Shown: positions 42,553-52,357 of the stretch, in pieces
Layout: the number at the start of each line of letters is the position of its first letter
Position numbering within the stretch: position 1 is the stretch's first letter
Assembly (NCBI GenBank): GCA_965243135.1
Contig: OZ251539.1
Location: 1,824,001 to 1,888,000 of the forward strand
Direction: 5' to 3'
Source of the DNA: Alphaproteobacteria bacterium
GTDB lineage: Bacteria > Pseudomonadota > Alphaproteobacteria > MPNO01 > UBA830
Length of the DNA stretch: 64,000 bases
Program-made: the position numbers and the translations under genes
The notes under the pieces: generated by a model
Told to the model about the DNA's origin: nothing
What the model saw: the letters and a program-made list of their open reading frames with translations, nothing else
The model's database searches: none

Positions 42553-42601
42553 AATCCGCACCGGATCGGTACTAATTTAGGCTGACGCCGAAGAATGTCA
42601 A
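42553..42601 (-). promoter_or_regulatory. Putative suf promoter with overlapping palindromic operator
   Basis: Minus strand TTGACA-N16-TAAATT; imperfect palindrome AATTAGTACC-GATCC-GGTGCGGATT overlaps the -10. Confidence 0.5.
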
Positions 42602-42628
42602 GGCGGCGCGGAACTCCCCCGCCGGGCG

Positions 42629-43924
42629 CTATCCGCCCATCAGGCTCGGCAGGTAGAGAGCCAGTCCCGGGATGAATATGACCAGCAGCAGGCGAACGAT
42701 GTCCGCCAGAAAGAAAGGACCGATGCCGCTGAATATTCCCCACAGCGACATTTCCGGGAGGAGCGTCTTGAGCACGAACACGTTCATGCCGATAGGAGGC
42801 GTAATCAAGCTGATCTCGGTTACCATGATCACGACGATGCCGAACCAGATGAGGTCGAATCCCAAGCTGTCGACCACGGGAAAGAAGATCGGCACGGTCA
42901 ACAGAATCATGCCGATCCCTTCGAAAATGCAGCCAAGCACGACGTAGATGAGGCAGATCACCAGGATGACGGTGATCGGCGGAATGTCGAGCGAGTCCAC
43001 CCAATCCACGATCTGGACCGGCATCCCCGAAATGTTCATGAAATTGGAAAGGATGATCGCGCCGAAGGCGACGCTGAACACCATCGTCGTGGTCTGGCCG
43101 GCCTCGACCAGCCCGCCGAAGAACTCCCGCCACCCCATCTTGCGGCGCATGACGGCAAAGGCCGCCGCGCCGACGGCTCCGATCCCGCCGGCCTCCGTCG
43201 GCGTGAACACGCCGAGATAAATGCCGCCCAGCACAAGGACGAACAGGGCGAGGATGCCCCATACGCCCTTCAACGCCCTGAACCTGTCCGGCCACGAGGT
43301 CCACGGACCGGGCGGTCCGAGTTCGGGACGGAAAGTGATCAGCGCCTTGATCACGAAGATATAGAGAAGAATGGTTATAATTCCCGGAACGATCCCGGCG
43401 ATGAAGAGTTTGCCGACATCCTCTTCGACAATGATGCCGTAAATCACCAGCGCGATGCTCGGCGGGATGAGAATGCCCATCGTCCCGCCGGCCGCGATGG
43501 TTCCGGCGGCGAGATTTTCGTTGTAGCGATACCGCCGCATCGACGGCATGGCGACTTTGGCCATCGTCGCGGCGGTGGCGACCGAACTTCCGGACACGGC
43601 GCTGAAGCCGCCGCACGCCGCGACCGTCGCCATCGCGAGCCCGCCCTTGTGATGGCCGAGCCAGGCGTTCGACGCGTCGTACAGGTCCTCCGACAGCGCG
43701 GCGCGGTACACGAACGCCCCCATCAGCACGAACAGCGGCAGCACCGAAAACGAATAACTCATCGCGAAGTCGAGAATCAGCTGCCCCACGGTCTCCAGGG
43801 CCGGCTCCCAGCCGCGCACGAGTCCGAACCCGACGAAGCCGACCGCCACCATGGCGAATCCAAGCGGAAAACCCAGAAACACCATCAGCAGCAGTATCGC
43901 GAAACCGGCGAGCGATTCGATCAT
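42629..43924 (-). CDS. dctM: TRAP transporter large permease
   Basis: 'LPLFVLMG', 'GSSVATAA', 'GILIPPSI', 'FTPTEA', 'ITPPIGMN'. Confidence 0.93.
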   Translation of the reverse strand: MIESLAGFAILLLMVFLGFPLGFAMVAVGFVGFGLVRGWEPALETVGQLILDFAMSYSFSVLPLFVLMGAFVYRAALSEDLYDASNAWLGHHKGGLAMATVAACGGFSAVSGSSVATAATMAKVAMPSMRRYRYNENLAAGTIAAGGTMGILIPPSIALVIYGIIVEEDVGKLFIAGIVPGIITILLYIFVIKALITFRPELGPPGPWTSWPDRFRALKGVWGILALFVLVLGGIYLGVFTPTEAGGIGAVGAAAFAVMRRKMGWREFFGGLVEAGQTTTMVFSVAFGAIILSNFMNISGMPVQIVDWVDSLDIPPITVILVICLIYVVLGCIFEGIGMILLTVPIFFPVVDSLGFDLIWFGIVVIMVTEISLITPPIGMNVFVLKTLLPEMSLWGIFSGIGPFFLADIVRLLLVIFIPGLALYLPSLMGG

Positions 43925-44442
43925 TGGGCGGCTCTCCCGCCGACGAGCGCCTTCAGATCCTCGACGAGCATGAGCAGGAGGACGACGCAAGTGACGACGC
44001 TGAGAAAACTGATGGCATAGGCGGCCGGCGCCACAGGCCACTCCAGATACCCGGATTCGATCCTAGCCTCGGCCAGCCCCTTTCCCTGACTCCACATCCG
44101 TTCGGCGATGAAGGCGACCACGACCAGCGAACCAGCATCGACGACGAGCCGCCGAATGCCGCCGGCCGCGCCGCGAAACCATCTGTCGAGAATGCTGACG
44201 ACGATGTGCGTGCGCCGTCGGGTGATGATCGGAAGGCCCGCGAAGATCGACAGCGGCATCAGGAATTCGATCAGTTCGAATCCGCCGGGGATCGGGGCGC
44301 TGAAGCCGTAACGCCCGACCACGTCGACAAAGGTGATCGCCATCATGAGAAAGATCGTCACGCCGACGATCGTCATGAGGCATGCCTCGAACCGGCCGTC
44401 GGGCCGGACGTCGGCGCTCGACCCGTCTCCTTCGGACGGCAT
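43921..44442 (-). CDS. dctQ: TRAP transporter small permease
   Basis: 'DVVGRY.F..PI.G..EL', four TM helices; lies between dctP and dctM. Confidence 0.88.
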   Translation of the reverse strand: MPSEGDGSSADVRPDGRFEACLMTIVGVTIFLMMAITFVDVVGRYGFSAPIPGGFELIEFLMPLSIFAGLPIITRRRTHIVVSILDRWFRGAAGGIRRLVVDAGSLVVVAFIAERMWSQGKGLAEARIESGYLEWPVAPAAYAISFLSVVTCVVLLLMLVEDLKALVGGRAAQ

Positions 44443-44450
44443 GGAAGGCG

Positions 44451-45470
44451 CTATTTCCCGCGGGCGATGCGCTTCGCCTCCTCGCGGTAAAAGGCCAGCG
44501 CGGCCTTGCCGTCGACGCCCGCCTTGTTCGCCCTTTCGATCCACTCGGCGTCCTGGTAGGCCCACAATTTCTTCAGGTCGGCGGCGAAACCGGCGCTCGC
44601 TTCCATGATGCCGATGCCGCGCTTGCGGTAGAGTTCTTCGGCTTCCGTGTCCACGTCGCCCCAGTTCTTCGAGTCGGCGGCGATCTTCTCTCCCGACGAG
44701 GCGAGCACGGCCGCCTTGTCCGCCTTCGAAAGGCGGTCCCATACCTTCTGGTTCATGTAGAGCGAGAAAACGGACCCGTAGACCTTGCCCGGCACCTTGG
44801 TGAGGTGCTTGACGTAGGGCATCATCTTCAGTTTCCAGACATCGCCGATCGGAAACACCATGCCGTCGACGATCCCCTTGGAGACCACGTCGAACGCCTT
44901 GACGCCCGGCGTCGGCACCACGGCCGCGCCGGTCTTGCTCAGCGCCTTGGCGACGTCGCCCGGAGGCACCCGCATCTTCATCTTCGCGAGATCGGCGACG
45001 GAAGCGATCGGGCCCTTGAGGCTGAAGAACTCGCCGCCGCCGTGCATGATGAAACCAAGCAGCTTCACGCCCTTGTACTGATTCTTCGATTCGAAGAATT
45101 TCTTGTGGGTTCGCCACAGGGCGACCGCGGTCGATCCGGCGTCGGTAATGCTGAAGGGCAGCGTGCCGATTTGATCCAGGGTCAGGCGGTTGCGTTCGAA
45201 ATTGTTGAACATGACGGTCGCGTCCGCGATGCCGGACGTGACCATCTTCCACTGGCGGGGCGCCGGGGCCAGCGTTTTCGCCGGATAGCTCACCTTGATC
45301 CGGCCCTCGCTTTCCTTGGCCACGCGGGCCGACCAGTGATCGATGATGCCGATTTTCAGCGGATGCTTCGGCGGCACGAAATAGTTGAACAGGATTTTGG
45401 TTTCGGCATGCGCAGGCGCGGCCGCAAGAATGCAGGCGGCGCCGACGGCGATTCCGACAGTCTTCATCAT
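44451..45470 (-). CDS. dctP: TRAP transporter substrate-binding protein
   Basis: Signal peptide AHA, 'ESEGRI', 'KMRV', 'GIVDG'. Confidence 0.9.
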   Translation of the reverse strand: MMKTVGIAVGAACILAAAPAHAETKILFNYFVPPKHPLKIGIIDHWSARVAKESEGRIKVSYPAKTLAPAPRQWKMVTSGIADATVMFNNFERNRLTLDQIGTLPFSITDAGSTAVALWRTHKKFFESKNQYKGVKLLGFIMHGGGEFFSLKGPIASVADLAKMKMRVPPGDVAKALSKTGAAVVPTPGVKAFDVVSKGIVDGMVFPIGDVWKLKMMPYVKHLTKVPGKVYGSVFSLYMNQKVWDRLSKADKAAVLASSGEKIAADSKNWGDVDTEAEELYRKRGIGIMEASAGFAADLKKLWAYQDAEWIERANKAGVDGKAALAFYREEAKRIARGK

Positions 45471-45528
45471 CTCTTTCCTCCCAACGGCAACGTTCCGTCG
45501 GCATCCGTCGCCGACGCGCGCGCCGAAG

Positions 45529-45557
45529 ATTATAGCCCAATCGCCGACTGCCGCCAA
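45529..45557 (-). promoter_or_regulatory. Putative sigma70 promoter of dctPQM
   Basis: Minus strand TTGGCG-N17-TATAAT. Confidence 0.5.
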
Positions 45558-46119
45558 AACCGCTTCCCGGCGAGGCATGCGCTGCGCCGTTTTCCGCCGG
45601 CTCGCCGTCCGGCGGCGGGTCCGCACGGGCGCCCGGAGAACGAAAGGCATGGTTGCCGCGACGGCGCGCCGCAAACCCGGAGCGACACGGCCTGAACGCG
45701 GACGGCCGGTTGCAAGGGCGGCAACGTCCGGCCGACCTTGGGGCGGAATCCTGGAAAACGGCGGTCGCGGCGCAGAGAATTCGCCGTTTTCCGCACCCGG
45801 GCAGAAGAAATTCCGTACCCTTGAAAGCCAGGCGTCACGAACGGCGCACGCGGCTCAAGCGCTGGCGTTCCCGGCGTTGGAGCCCGTGCCTCGTCAAGCG
45901 TTCGCGACGAGCCCGGCCTGCTTGTCCGCCAGGCTTCGGCGAGCGAGTTCGCCCGCCGACGACGCGAGAGCGGCTTCGCGAAGTTCGGGAGGCGTTGCGC
46001 CGAACGTTCGCCTCGAAGTTGCGAGGCGCGTTCGAAAAGAGGGCTTTCCAGGAGACGCCGACGGCTCGAAAGCAGGGAACCGGCGACGCGCCGGAAGGGA
46101 ACGCCTCGAAAAATCCGGT

Positions 46120-46623
46120 TCAGTGCAAGGCGAAGGAACCCCGGCCCCGGGCGATGCCGGCGTATTCGGGACGCAACTCGAAATCGAAGCCGACCGACCG
46201 CATTTTCGACGCAAGCGCCTGCGCCAGCGGCAATGCGGCCCGGCGAACGTCGTTCGCGAACCAGGCCGCGAGCCGGGCGGCGGCGAGATGTCCGCGACCC
46301 TGCTGTACGCAGGCGACGACTGCCAGCAGATCGATTTCGGCGTTGCAGACGCCGCCGCAGGCCGGTCGGCGGAGGGCCAGAGGCCGCTTGGCTGCGGTCG
46401 CCGCGAGGGTCAACAGCGCATGGAGGTCGATCAGCGCCGCCGACAGGCCGGCCTCGGCGAACGCGTTGACCAACGCCGGCGTGGGGCAGACGCCCTTGCA
46501 TGCGCCGTCCGCCCACTCTCGCGCCGCGAAAACCAGAAACCGTTCGGAAGCGGTGAGTTCCATGACCGACATCAGGTCGCCGGGATGCGGCAACGCATCG
46601 GCTCTCATGGGCCGAAATTCCAT
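46120..46623 (-). CDS. Hypothetical protein, candidate iron-regulated
   Basis: AAGGAG RBS; Cys-containing 'RRPACGGVCNAEIDLL'; Fur-like box upstream. Confidence 0.65.
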   Translation of the reverse strand: MEFRPMRADALPHPGDLMSVMELTASERFLVFAAREWADGACKGVCPTPALVNAFAEAGLSAALIDLHALLTLAATAAKRPLALRRPACGGVCNAEIDLLAVVACVQQGRGHLAAARLAAWFANDVRRAALPLAQALASKMRSVGFDFELRPEYAGIARGRGSFALH

Positions 46624-46642
46624 CTTGCGCTCCTTACTTGCA

Positions 46643-46700
46643 AATGCGAATTAGTCGCATATTGATGCCGAATCAATGCGAATGCAAGTCATTCTTAACT
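46643..46700. promoter_or_regulatory. Fur-like boxes
   Basis: Palindrome ATGCGA-ATTAG-TCGCAT (46644-46660) and a second degenerate copy AATGCAAGTCATTCTTAA, in an AT-rich patch. Confidence 0.6.
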
Positions 46701-47078
46701 AATGCCGCCGCCCGCATGGAGCGCCCCGGCGACCGGAGGTTCCCCTTCTCCGCGCATTCCGCCGACGCCCCGCGAACTTCGGGCGGCCGCGCCAGGGAGT
46801 CCCGCGAAAAACCCGTTCCGAAACGGCGACGGAAAACGAAAGGCCGGAAGGCGGCGCGCGCGGAAAACTTCCCGTCGGCGTCGCGGAGAAAAGCCGGAAC
46901 GCCCCGGCCGACCGCCTTGCCCGGCGGCCGCGTCCGCCGCGGGGGAGGCGAGACGCCCCCGGCTGCGGGCCGCAGAAGGTTCGCGGCCGCGAGACCGGGC
47001 CGACGAAGAACGGACGTCTATCGGGAACCGCTCCAGGCCGAATCGCCGGCCTGCAGCCGGCTCGGCCTCTCGCGCCGC

Positions 47079-48083
47079 TTAACTGGCGACGAATTTCTCG
47101 GCGTGAACGCGGGCGGAATCCACGCCGAAACCGTCCAACGCCGCTTCCGCCGCCTCGATCATCGGCGGCGGACCGCAGAGATATACTTCGCAATCGCCGG
47201 AATTCAGGATTTCCGGACGCAAAAGACCGGTGACGTGCCCTGTCTCGCCGTCCCAGCCGTCGGAAGGATCGACGACGCAAAACTCGGTTTCAAGGTCGAG
47301 TCCCGTCTCCCGATACCGGCGAAGCCGGTCGAGCGCGAACATCTCTTCTCGGATGTTGACGCCGTAAAGCAATCTGACGGGATGGCCGCAGCCTTCCGCC
47401 GCCAGCGCGTCCAGCATGGCGAGCATCGGCGCCAGTCCGGTTCCGCCCGCCACCATCACGATCGGCCGGGTCGCGGGCCGGAGGTAGAACCGCCCGAACG
47501 GACCGGTCATCACGATCTCGTCTCCGGGCGCGGCGCGCTCCGATATATAGTCGCTCATCGCGCCCCGCTCGAGCACCTTGACGTAGAACGTCGCGCGGCC
47601 GTCGACGGGATTCGCGAAGGAATAGGAACGTTTCCGGTCGGTGCCGGGAACGGACAGATGAACGTACTGCCCGGGGATGAAGGACATCGGGGAATCCGCG
47701 TCGATCGCCAGTCTGGCCACCGCCGACGCCACGGTTTCCACCGCCGCGACCCGGCCGGTTCGGCTGTCGGGGGCCGTTTTCAGCGCCATCCGGGAAGCGT
47801 AGGGATATTCGATCACGCAATCGGACAGGACGTGCATCCGGCAGGTGAGCACCTCCCTGCGGTCGCGCTCGGTTTCGGTCAGCGCTTCGCCGGAATATTC
47901 CTCGAGGCGGTATTCTCCCGAAGTGCAGAGGCCCTTGCAAGTCGCGCAGGCGCCTTCGAGGCAGTCCGTCAGAATGCGCACCCGATTCTTGAGCGCCGAC
48001 AGGTAGATGGTGTCGTCCTCGTCCGCGGAGAATTTCGCGACCCGCCCGTCCTCGAAGACGAGCGTCACCTGATGGACGGCCAT
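47079..48083 (-). CDS. Dioxygenase reductase (BenC/AntC-like; 2Fe-2S, FAD, NAD domains)
   Basis: DCLEGACATCK, RSYS, AGGTGLAP, YLCGPPPM, EKF. Confidence 0.92.
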   Translation of the reverse strand: MAVHQVTLVFEDGRVAKFSADEDDTIYLSALKNRVRILTDCLEGACATCKGLCTSGEYRLEEYSGEALTETERDRREVLTCRMHVLSDCVIEYPYASRMALKTAPDSRTGRVAAVETVASAVARLAIDADSPMSFIPGQYVHLSVPGTDRKRSYSFANPVDGRATFYVKVLERGAMSDYISERAAPGDEIVMTGPFGRFYLRPATRPIVMVAGGTGLAPMLAMLDALAAEGCGHPVRLLYGVNIREEMFALDRLRRYRETGLDLETEFCVVDPSDGWDGETGHVTGLLRPEILNSGDCEVYLCGPPPMIEAAEAALDGFGVDSARVHAEKFVAS

Positions 48084-48086
48084 CCC

Positions 48087-49118
48087 CTACGCGCCCGGGA
48101 TCAGAAGGGGCTTGACCGCTTCGCCGCGCCGGATCAGGTCGAAGCCTTCGGTCGCTTCCGACAGGGGCAGGACGTGGCTGCGGACGGGACCGAGATCCAC
48201 GGCGTCGATCAACTCGGCGGCCCGCTGCCAGGTGTCCCATATGCGGCGCCCGTGAATGTTGATCATGCGCGGGCATTTCAGCAGCCACCAGGTGAAATCG
48301 ACCGGTATCGCCGCCGGCGGCGCGCCGACCAGACGAAAATCCCCGCCCTTGCACAGGCTGTCGAAGACCGTTCCGAAGCCTGCTTCCGATCCGGAAAACT
48401 CGATGCCGACATCCGCCCCTTCGCCGCCGGTCACGTCGCGAACCGCTTCCGCAACGTCTTCCCCGCCGGCGTCGACCGTCCTGTCGGCGCCCATGATTCC
48501 CGCGGCCTTCAGGCGCAGGGGATTGAGGTCGGCGGCGATCACCCGCCGCGCGCCGAGGGTCCGCGCGACCGCCGCCGCCATAAGCCCGATGGGGCCGCAG
48601 CCGTTCACAAGCACGTTCTGCCCGGCGACGCCGGAGCCTTCGAGGCAGGCATGGACGGCGATCCCGAAAGGTTCGAGCATTGCGGCCGTCTCGTCCGGCA
48701 GATCCGGCGGGTTGCGCCATGCGATCCTTGCCGGCACCGTCGCGTATTCGGCGAAAACGCCGTCGATGTCGATGCCCGGATACGTCGTCGCGTTGCATAG
48801 ATGCGCGCGACCGAGGCGGCAGGGCCTGCAGGTTCCGCAATAGATGTGGCTTTCGAGGCTGACGCGGTCGCCGGGAGCGATGCCGGCGACGCCTTCCCCT
48901 ATCTGGTCGACGACGCCGCTGGCTTCATGGCCGAGGATTCGCGGCAGCTTCATCCTGCGCGCCATCCGCGGCGCCCAGTTGTAGATCTGCATGTCCGTCC
49001 CGCAAATGCCGGCCGCCCCGACCTTGAGCCGGATTTCGCCCGGACCCGCGTCGCGCGGCTCCCGTCGCCGCAGCGCGATGCCGTTTTCTCCGGCTTCGAT
49101 CTTGCAGAGGGCGAGCAT
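48087..49118 (-). CDS. Zn-dependent medium-chain dehydrogenase (threonine dehydrogenase-like)
   Basis: GICGTD, GHE, CGTCRPC..C, GCGPIG. Confidence 0.9.
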   Translation of the reverse strand: MLALCKIEAGENGIALRRREPRDAGPGEIRLKVGAAGICGTDMQIYNWAPRMARRMKLPRILGHEASGVVDQIGEGVAGIAPGDRVSLESHIYCGTCRPCRLGRAHLCNATTYPGIDIDGVFAEYATVPARIAWRNPPDLPDETAAMLEPFGIAVHACLEGSGVAGQNVLVNGCGPIGLMAAAVARTLGARRVIAADLNPLRLKAAGIMGADRTVDAGGEDVAEAVRDVTGGEGADVGIEFSGSEAGFGTVFDSLCKGGDFRLVGAPPAAIPVDFTWWLLKCPRMINIHGRRIWDTWQRAAELIDAVDLGPVRSHVLPLSEATEGFDLIRRGEAVKPLLIPGA

Positions 49119-49606
49119 CACAGGTGATAGATGTCGATCGGCCCTTCGAGCCGGTCGTCGATGAAGGTGATCTTCTTTCGCGAGATCCTGAGTTCGCCGT
49201 TCACGCGCCGCAGCGCGTAGTCGTACAGGCTGCCGCGCGTCAGGCTGCCTTTCTTGCCGTAGGAATGAACCAGGCAATTCGCCGTGGCCTCGATCGCGTC
49301 GCCGCCGGCGTCGTTCACCAGAACGTTGCCCACGAGATGAACGGTGCGATCGAGAGGCACCGAAGCGTAGGAATCGCGGGACTCGATCCGGAACACGCGA
49401 TCCTCGAGGCCGCCGCGGTTGCGCAGATAAATCAGGTTGAGCTGGAGTTCCGGGTCGTCGGTGGTCTCCTCCTCGCTGGCCCAGGACGGCACCCAGTAGA
49501 CGGCGTCTTCCGTGTAGAGGTCGATCCAGTCGTACCACTCGCGACGGTCCAGCAGCGTCGCTTCCCGGTAGATCAGGTTGGCCACCTCGGTCTGCAAGTC
49601 GGTCAT
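49118..49606 (-). CDS. Ring-hydroxylating dioxygenase beta subunit (BenB/AntB-like)
   Basis: 'YREATLLD..W..W', 'GLEDRVFRI', 'IDIYHL'. Confidence 0.92.
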   Translation of the reverse strand: MTDLQTEVANLIYREATLLDRREWYDWIDLYTEDAVYWVPSWASEEETTDDPELQLNLIYLRNRGGLEDRVFRIESRDSYASVPLDRTVHLVGNVLVNDAGGDAIEATANCLVHSYGKKGSLTRGSLYDYALRRVNGELRISRKKITFIDDRLEGPIDIYHL

Positions 49607-50916
49607 GCGCGACGCTCCCCGCTCATGAGCCGAAGCCACTGCCGATAGAAGCCGTGATAAATGATCTCGTGATCCCAGTTGCCGCTGCATGCCGCCGGCT
49701 CGAAGCCGAGAGCGCGCGCGTCTTCGTCCGCTCCGTGAACGATCTGGTCGATTCCCCGATGGAACTCCGTCCAGTCCGCGACCAGAGATCCTTCGTGAAC
49801 GTCCTCCAGCGCCGCGATGTCGTCCGACGTCGCCATGCCCGCCGTCAGATAGAAATCTTCGAATTTCCGCAACCTCCCGGCCCGCGCCGCGTCGCTCTCG
49901 CCCTTCGGCGCGATGCAGTACACGCTCACGTCCACGCGGTCCGCCGACAGAGGCTTCATGATCCGTATCTGCGTAGACGGATTGTCCATCAGCATGACGT
50001 TGGGAAACAAATAAAGGTTCCGGCCCCTGTTGAGGATCCAGTCGACCTGCGCCGGCGTCAGTTCCCGCTCCAGCCGATCCTTCGCCTCCCATACCGGCCG
50101 CACTTCCGGCGTCGTGTGCTGCGCCCATATCGCCATGTGCCCGTTGCCGAGGTCGTAGCCCGCGGACGGCACGCGGGCTCCCATCCGCCCGGCCTCGGTC
50201 TTTCGCATGCCGGTGTATTCGCCCTTGCTCTCGCGGGCCGCGATGGTGTTGGCGAACACGCGATGAACGGTGGAAACGTGGTAGCCGTCGACCGCGTTCT
50301 CGGCCTGCAATTTCCAGTTGCCGTCGATCGCGTAGGTGGAACTGCCCGGCACGACCTCGAGTCCGTCCGCCGACTGAACGGTCATCAGATCGATCCACGG
50401 CGCCGCCGGCCCCAGCCAGTCTTCAAGCGGCTGCGCGTTCGCGTCGAGGCTGCCGAATACGAATCCCCGATAACTCTCCAGCCGCGCAATCTCGCGGAGA
50501 TCGTATTTCGAGCGGTCGGCCCCCTCTTCCGCGTTCTTGATCGCCCGGCACGCGCCGTCCGCGCCGTAGGTCCAGCCGTGGAAGCGGCACGTGATGGATC
50601 GGGCGTTGCCCCGCCGGAAAGGCGTGAGAATCGCGGCCCGATGCGAGCAGGCGTTGACGAAGCATTTCAGCGAACCGTCCTCCTGACGGTTGACGAAGAC
50701 CGGCTGACGGCCGATCTCGGTCCAGCAATAGTCGCCGTGTTCCGGTATCTGACTCTCGTGACAGAGGAACGTCCAGCATCGCTCGAATATCCTCTCCATC
50801 TCGAGTTCGAATATCCGCCGGTCGGTATAGGCCGCCCGGCGCACCCGGAACACGCCTTGCTCGACCCGGTCGTCGACAAGGGCGCGCAGGCCGTCCGTAG
50901 CGAATCCGCCATCCAT
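49603..50916 (-). CDS. Rieske dioxygenase alpha subunit (BenA/AntA-like), copy 2
   Basis: CSH...CRFHGW; ENAVDGYHVSTVH; GMATSDD. Confidence 0.92.
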   Translation of the reverse strand: MDGGFATDGLRALVDDRVEQGVFRVRRAAYTDRRIFELEMERIFERCWTFLCHESQIPEHGDYCWTEIGRQPVFVNRQEDGSLKCFVNACSHRAAILTPFRRGNARSITCRFHGWTYGADGACRAIKNAEEGADRSKYDLREIARLESYRGFVFGSLDANAQPLEDWLGPAAPWIDLMTVQSADGLEVVPGSSTYAIDGNWKLQAENAVDGYHVSTVHRVFANTIAARESKGEYTGMRKTEAGRMGARVPSAGYDLGNGHMAIWAQHTTPEVRPVWEAKDRLERELTPAQVDWILNRGRNLYLFPNVMLMDNPSTQIRIMKPLSADRVDVSVYCIAPKGESDAARAGRLRKFEDFYLTAGMATSDDIAALEDVHEGSLVADWTEFHRGIDQIVHGADEDARALGFEPAACSGNWDHEIIYHGFYRQWLRLMSGERRA

Positions 50917-50927
50917 TTCGCCGCTCC

Positions 50928-52229
50928 TCAGGTCCGTTCGACGTGTTTTCGCCACGTCCGGTAGAAGCTGTAGTACAGCGTTTCGTGGTCCCAGCTCGAA
51001 TTGCTGGTCTCGGGCGCGAAGCCTCCTTCCGCGGCGACGTCGTCCGGTCCGTTCGTCATCGTGGGAAGCCCGCGGTGAAAATCGCCCCATTTCGCCAGGC
51101 GTCCGCGGCTTCCCTCGTGCGCCGCCTCCAGCGCCGAGACGTCGTCGGACGTCGCCATGCCGCTGGCCATGAAGAAGTCCTCGAACTTGCGCAGCCGCGC
51201 GTAACGCGCTTCCCGACTCTCTTCCGACGGCGCGAGACAGTAGATCGTCACCTCCGTGCGGTCGACGGCGACGGGCCGGAAAATCCGTATCTGGGTCGCG
51301 GCGAAATCGTTGATCATGAGGGACGGGAACACGATCAGATTGCGTCCCCGGCGCAGCATCCAGTTCACCTTGCCCCCGGAATGGTCGCGTTCCAACCTCT
51401 TCTCCGCCTCCGACAGGGGCGAGGTTTCCACGGGTTCGCGGTCCGCCCAGATGACCATGTGTCCGCCGCCGAGATCGTAACAGCCGTTGCGCACCTTTCG
51501 GGCGAGCCGTCCGACTTCGGTCTTCATCATGCCGGAATAACCTTCCCGCGCTTCCCGCCGGCGAACCGTATTCGCGAAAACGCGGTGAACGGTGCTGGTG
51601 TGGTAACCGTCGACGGCATTCTCGACCGACATCTTCCAGTTCCCGCCGACCACGTAGGTCTGCGAACCGGGCAGCACTTCCATGCCCTGCGCCGACTGGT
51701 CCGCGACGAAGTCGATGAAGGCGCGGGACTCGCCCAGAAACTCTCCAAGCGGCGGCGCCTCCGGAGAAAGGCTGCCGAACACGAAACCCCTGTAGCTGTC
51801 GACCGCGCCGATTCGCCGAAGGTTGTAGACGCCGCGATCGAAGCCCTCGCCGTAACCGCCCGCTTCATCCTTGATGCGAATGCAGGTTCCTTCGCAGTTA
51901 TAGGTCCAGCCGTGGAAACGGCAGGTTATGGTCCGGGCGTTGCCCTGTCGCAACGGGGTCAGGATCGCGCCGCGATGCGAACAGACGTTGAAAAAGCAGG
52001 CGAGGCCGCCGTTCTCGCGGCGCTGAACGAAAACCGGTTGCCTCCCGACGCGGGTCGCGAAGTAATCCCCGGGTTCCTTCACCTGGCTCTCGTGACACAG
52101 ATACTGCCATGTCCCTTCGAAAATGGACTCCATCTCGGCTTCGAAGATTTCTTCGTCGAGATAGATGCCGCGATCGACCCGGAAGGCATTCTCTCCGACC
52201 CGATCGTCGAGCCGATCACTCACGAACAC
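50928..52229 (-). CDS. Rieske dioxygenase alpha subunit (BenA/AntA-like), copy 1
   Basis: CSHRG...CRFHGW; ENAVDGYHTSTVH; GMATSDD. Confidence 0.92.
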   Translation of the reverse strand: MFVSDRLDDRVGENAFRVDRGIYLDEEIFEAEMESIFEGTWQYLCHESQVKEPGDYFATRVGRQPVFVQRRENGGLACFFNVCSHRGAILTPLRQGNARTITCRFHGWTYNCEGTCIRIKDEAGGYGEGFDRGVYNLRRIGAVDSYRGFVFGSLSPEAPPLGEFLGESRAFIDFVADQSAQGMEVLPGSQTYVVGGNWKMSVENAVDGYHTSTVHRVFANTVRRREAREGYSGMMKTEVGRLARKVRNGCYDLGGGHMVIWADREPVETSPLSEAEKRLERDHSGGKVNWMLRRGRNLIVFPSLMINDFAATQIRIFRPVAVDRTEVTIYCLAPSEESREARYARLRKFEDFFMASGMATSDDVSALEAAHEGSRGRLAKWGDFHRGLPTMTNGPDDVAAEGGFAPETSNSSWDHETLYYSFYRTWRKHVERT

Positions 52230-52357
52230 CCGCGGCGCCTCCTCTCTTGTCGCGGCCGACGCGAAGCCCGCCGCCGACGGAGGATATCCGGCCTTGCGCG
52301 AGTGTCAAACGGCCTCGCCCGGCCAGCGCCGTTCCGGCTCCGGCGGCGAAGCGGCGA

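Noticed and set aside
48087-49118. True threonine dehydrogenase (tdh)
   Set aside because: No kbl neighbour; embedded between oxygenase beta and reductase genes, so more likely a diol dehydrogenase.
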